From positions 1 to 33,171 of the forward strand of contig JAYUCW010000039.1 in NCBI GenBank assembly GCA_043740125.1: DNA of 33,171 bases. The letters run 5' to 3'. The notes beneath the pieces were generated by a model. It ran no database searches, was not told where the DNA came from, and saw only the letters and a list, made by a program, of their open reading frames with translations. This document shows, piece by piece, positions 31,286 to 33,171 of the stretch. Made by a program: the position numbers and the translations under genes. Source of the DNA: Minisyncoccota bacterium (GTDB taxonomy: Bacteria > Patescibacteriota > Minisyncoccia > Phycocordibacterales > UBA5272). Numbering within the stretch: position 1 is the stretch's first letter; every line of letters begins with the position of its first letter.

Positions 31286-32803
31286 TTAAATACGGAGTTT
31301 CTCGACAGTGATTGCTTCGACGAGGTCTCCTGGCACCATCTCGACTTTACTTTCAACCATGAGACCACACTCTGTACCTTCCATGACTGTATTAGTCTTT
31401 ATCTTCTGTGATTGAAGTTCGACAATTCTTCCGCGGCCTAGTTCAACACCACGACGAATAACACGCACAAGAGCTCCGTTGTCAATTTTCCCCGTTTCAA
31501 CTCTTCCTCCGATCACATGCTTTTCTTTTTGGGAACTAAATGTACGGAGAATTTTGAGTGTTCCGAGTATGGTTTCTTTTTCTTCAAAAGGAAGACGAGC
31601 TTCGACGATGGTGTCGAACCACTCTGAGAGTTTATAGATAATGTCAAAAATCTGTGGAGTGATTTTGAAACGATCAGCTTGATCTCGTGCCTTTGCTTCC
31701 ATCTTCACTGTAAAGCCGATGATCACCGTCTTTTCATCAGAAGAAGCAAGCATGATATCACCTTCTGAAATATTCCCTATTCCTTCTGCGATAATCTTTA
31801 TTTTGATATCATCAGTTTCACGTTTTTTAATTTCGCGCTTCACTGCATCTAATGTTCCGAGAGAGTCAGCTTTGATAACAATCGGGATAACTACCTTTGC
31901 GTTACGATAAATACGAGGGTCCATAACTATTTTTATTTTAGCTTGTCTAGTTTCTTGTGCAAGTTTTTCCATTTCTTTTTTATCTGATGAAGAAATAAAA
32001 ATCGCGCCAGATGCTGGAATCTCATCAAATCCAGTCACCATAATTGGTTGACCTGCGTGAGGATTTTTGATTGCCTTACCGGCAAAGTTTTCAATAATAC
32101 GAATAGGGGAGAGTGCAGTGCCAGCTAGAATCGAACCACTTGCACTTAATGTACCATCTTTAATAATAAGAGTCGCAGATATACCGCGCTTTGCATCGAC
32201 AAAACTTTCTAGAACATGACCTGTTGCTTCAGTATCAAGTGTGGCAGTGAGTTCATTCATATCAACAAGAAGAAGTAAGGTCTCAAGAAGAAGGTCGATC
32301 CCTGCACCTGTTTTTGCTGAAATTTCTACACAAGGAACCTCTCCTCCGTACCCTTCGATATAAATTGCATTTTCAACAAGAGAATTTTTTGTTTTTTGGA
32401 TATCCGCACCTGGCTTGTCTATTTTATTAATAGCGACAACATAGGGAAGTTTATGAGCCTCGATTGTTTTCCACGCTTCAAGTGTTTGAGGTTTTACACC
32501 GTCTTCTGCTGAGACGATAAGGACTGCGATATCTGCAATTTCAACACCACGTTCACGCATGCCTTGGAATGCAGCGTGTCCTGGAGTATCTAAGAAGGTA
32601 ATTGGTTTTATTTTCCCGTCCGCCTGTTTGTGCTCAACTTCATATGCAGAAATTCGTTGGGTGATTCCTCCCGCTTCTCCTTCGACGACATTTGATTTTC
32701 GGATGTAGTCAAGTAGCGATGATTTTCCATGGTCAACATGCCCTAGCACTGCGATGATTGGCTGACGAGATACAATTCCTTCTGATAGAAGCTTTTTTGA
32801 CAT
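31286..32803 (-). CDS. infB: translation initiation factor IF-2, minimal form starting at the G domain
   Basis: G1 AVLGHVDHGKSSLLD, G3 DTPGH, G4 NKID, then IF-2 domains II-IV. Start placed at MSKKLL (32803). The ORF track alternative is 32836. Confidence 0.9.
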   Translation of the reverse strand: MSKKLLSEGIVSRQPIIAVLGHVDHGKSSLLDYIRKSNVVEGEAGGITQRISAYEVEHKQADGKIKPITFLDTPGHAAFQGMRERGVEIADIAVLIVSAEDGVKPQTLEAWKTIEAHKLPYVVAINKIDKPGADIQKTKNSLVENAIYIEGYGGEVPCVEISAKTGAGIDLLLETLLLLVDMNELTATLDTEATGHVLESFVDAKRGISATLIIKDGTLSASGSILAGTALSPIRIIENFAGKAIKNPHAGQPIMVTGFDEIPASGAIFISSSDKKEMEKLAQETRQAKIKIVMDPRIYRNAKVVIPIVIKADSLGTLDAVKREIKKRETDDIKIKIIAEGIGNISEGDIMLASSDEKTVIIGFTVKMEAKARDQADRFKITPQIFDIIYKLSEWFDTIVEARLPFEEKETILGTLKILRTFSSQKEKHVIGGRVETGKIDNGALVRVIRRGVELGRGRIVELQSQKIKTNTVMEGTECGLMVESKVEMVPGDLVEAITVEKLRI

Positions 32804-33001
32804 AATGATAAAGGCAATTATAGCACAGAATGTCAATAATTAACAGACCATGGGAGACTTCAGACCTTAGACTGTAGACTGTAGCTCAAGACAGCTCGGC
32901 TGCGAAGACATCATAAGCCAGCAGGCGTCGATGCAAATACAGCACAAAGAGCAAACCTTCGGGGTCGCTCTTTATGCTTTTTTTATGGAGTATACTCTTC
33001 T

Positions 33002-33171
33002 CTACAGTCTGTTCTGGTGTGCTGCGCGAGAATCATTAATGACTGCAAGTTCCTCTTCTGTAAGTTCATAGGTGCTTTCGTAGTTTTCAAGTGGCTTTGC
33101 AAAGGTGCTCATACGATCATGTGTATGAAGTGAAGAAAGAACGAGCCCATTTCCTTTTTCGTTAATGAGTG
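33002..33171 (-). CDS. hypothetical protein, C-terminal 56 codons (gene enters from the right window edge)
   Basis: Minus strand is open from the edge and ends ...LINEKGNGLVLSSLHTHDRMSTFAKPLENYESTYELTEEELAVINDSRAAHQNRL* with the stop at 33004-33002. The tail is not recognisable as NusA or YlxR. Confidence 0.4.
   Translation of the reverse strand, partial: LINEKGNGLVLSSLHTHDRMSTFAKPLENYESTYELTEEELAVINDSRAAHQNRL

Noticed and set aside
1-33171. CRISPR arrays, rRNA genes and large prophage structural modules
   Set aside because: I saw no regularly spaced direct repeats, no rRNA-like conserved stretches, and no capsid, terminase or tail-like ORFs.

Overview
The window reads like a streamlined, AT-rich Patescibacteria/CPR-type chromosome segment. 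That placement is an inference from the short Rel, an IF-2 with no N-terminal extension, an orphan ParB and many small membrane proteins. Recognisable core genes are yggT-like, MauE/DoxX-like, DUF305, rlpA-like, parB, DUF1653, rel, a TauE-like permease, topA, dprA, yjdF-like, an RluA-family synthase, NUDIX, rbfA and infB. There are five tRNAs: Leu-CAA, Lys-CTT, Cys-GCA, Leu-TAA and Leu-TAG. The main candidate for a new system is two visibly more AT-rich, co-directional gene blocks (14641-19983 and 21749-26933), each starting directly 3' of a tRNA-Leu gene. Together they encode an archaeal-type SAM synthetase, a GluRS paralogue lacking HIGH and KMSKS, a truncated AlaRS catalytic-core paralogue, two tandem Dcd-like proteins, an NDK-like protein, a P-loop kinase, a HAD phosphatase, NUDIX, a methyltransferase, a YqcI/YcgG protein, and S51 and S66 (MccF/LdcA-like) hydrolases. 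This looks like an aminoacyl-nucleotide or pyrimidine-nucleotide tailoring toolkit with possible self-protection. The blocks are punctuated by three decayed copies of one minus-strand gene 3' end. These copies differ mostly at synonymous codon positions and share the same truncation point. The same displaced-3'-end signature appears after topA, and as short direct repeats of tRNA-Cys and tRNA-Lys ends. Other mobile or repeat features are a GIY-YIG gene framed by 31-nt hairpin inverted repeats, a 180-bp MITE-like element, an IS30-family element whose transposase is split at an A7 run, and a small family of hairpin repeats showing compensatory changes. All calls come from reading the sequence and remembered family motifs. 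No searches or computations were run.
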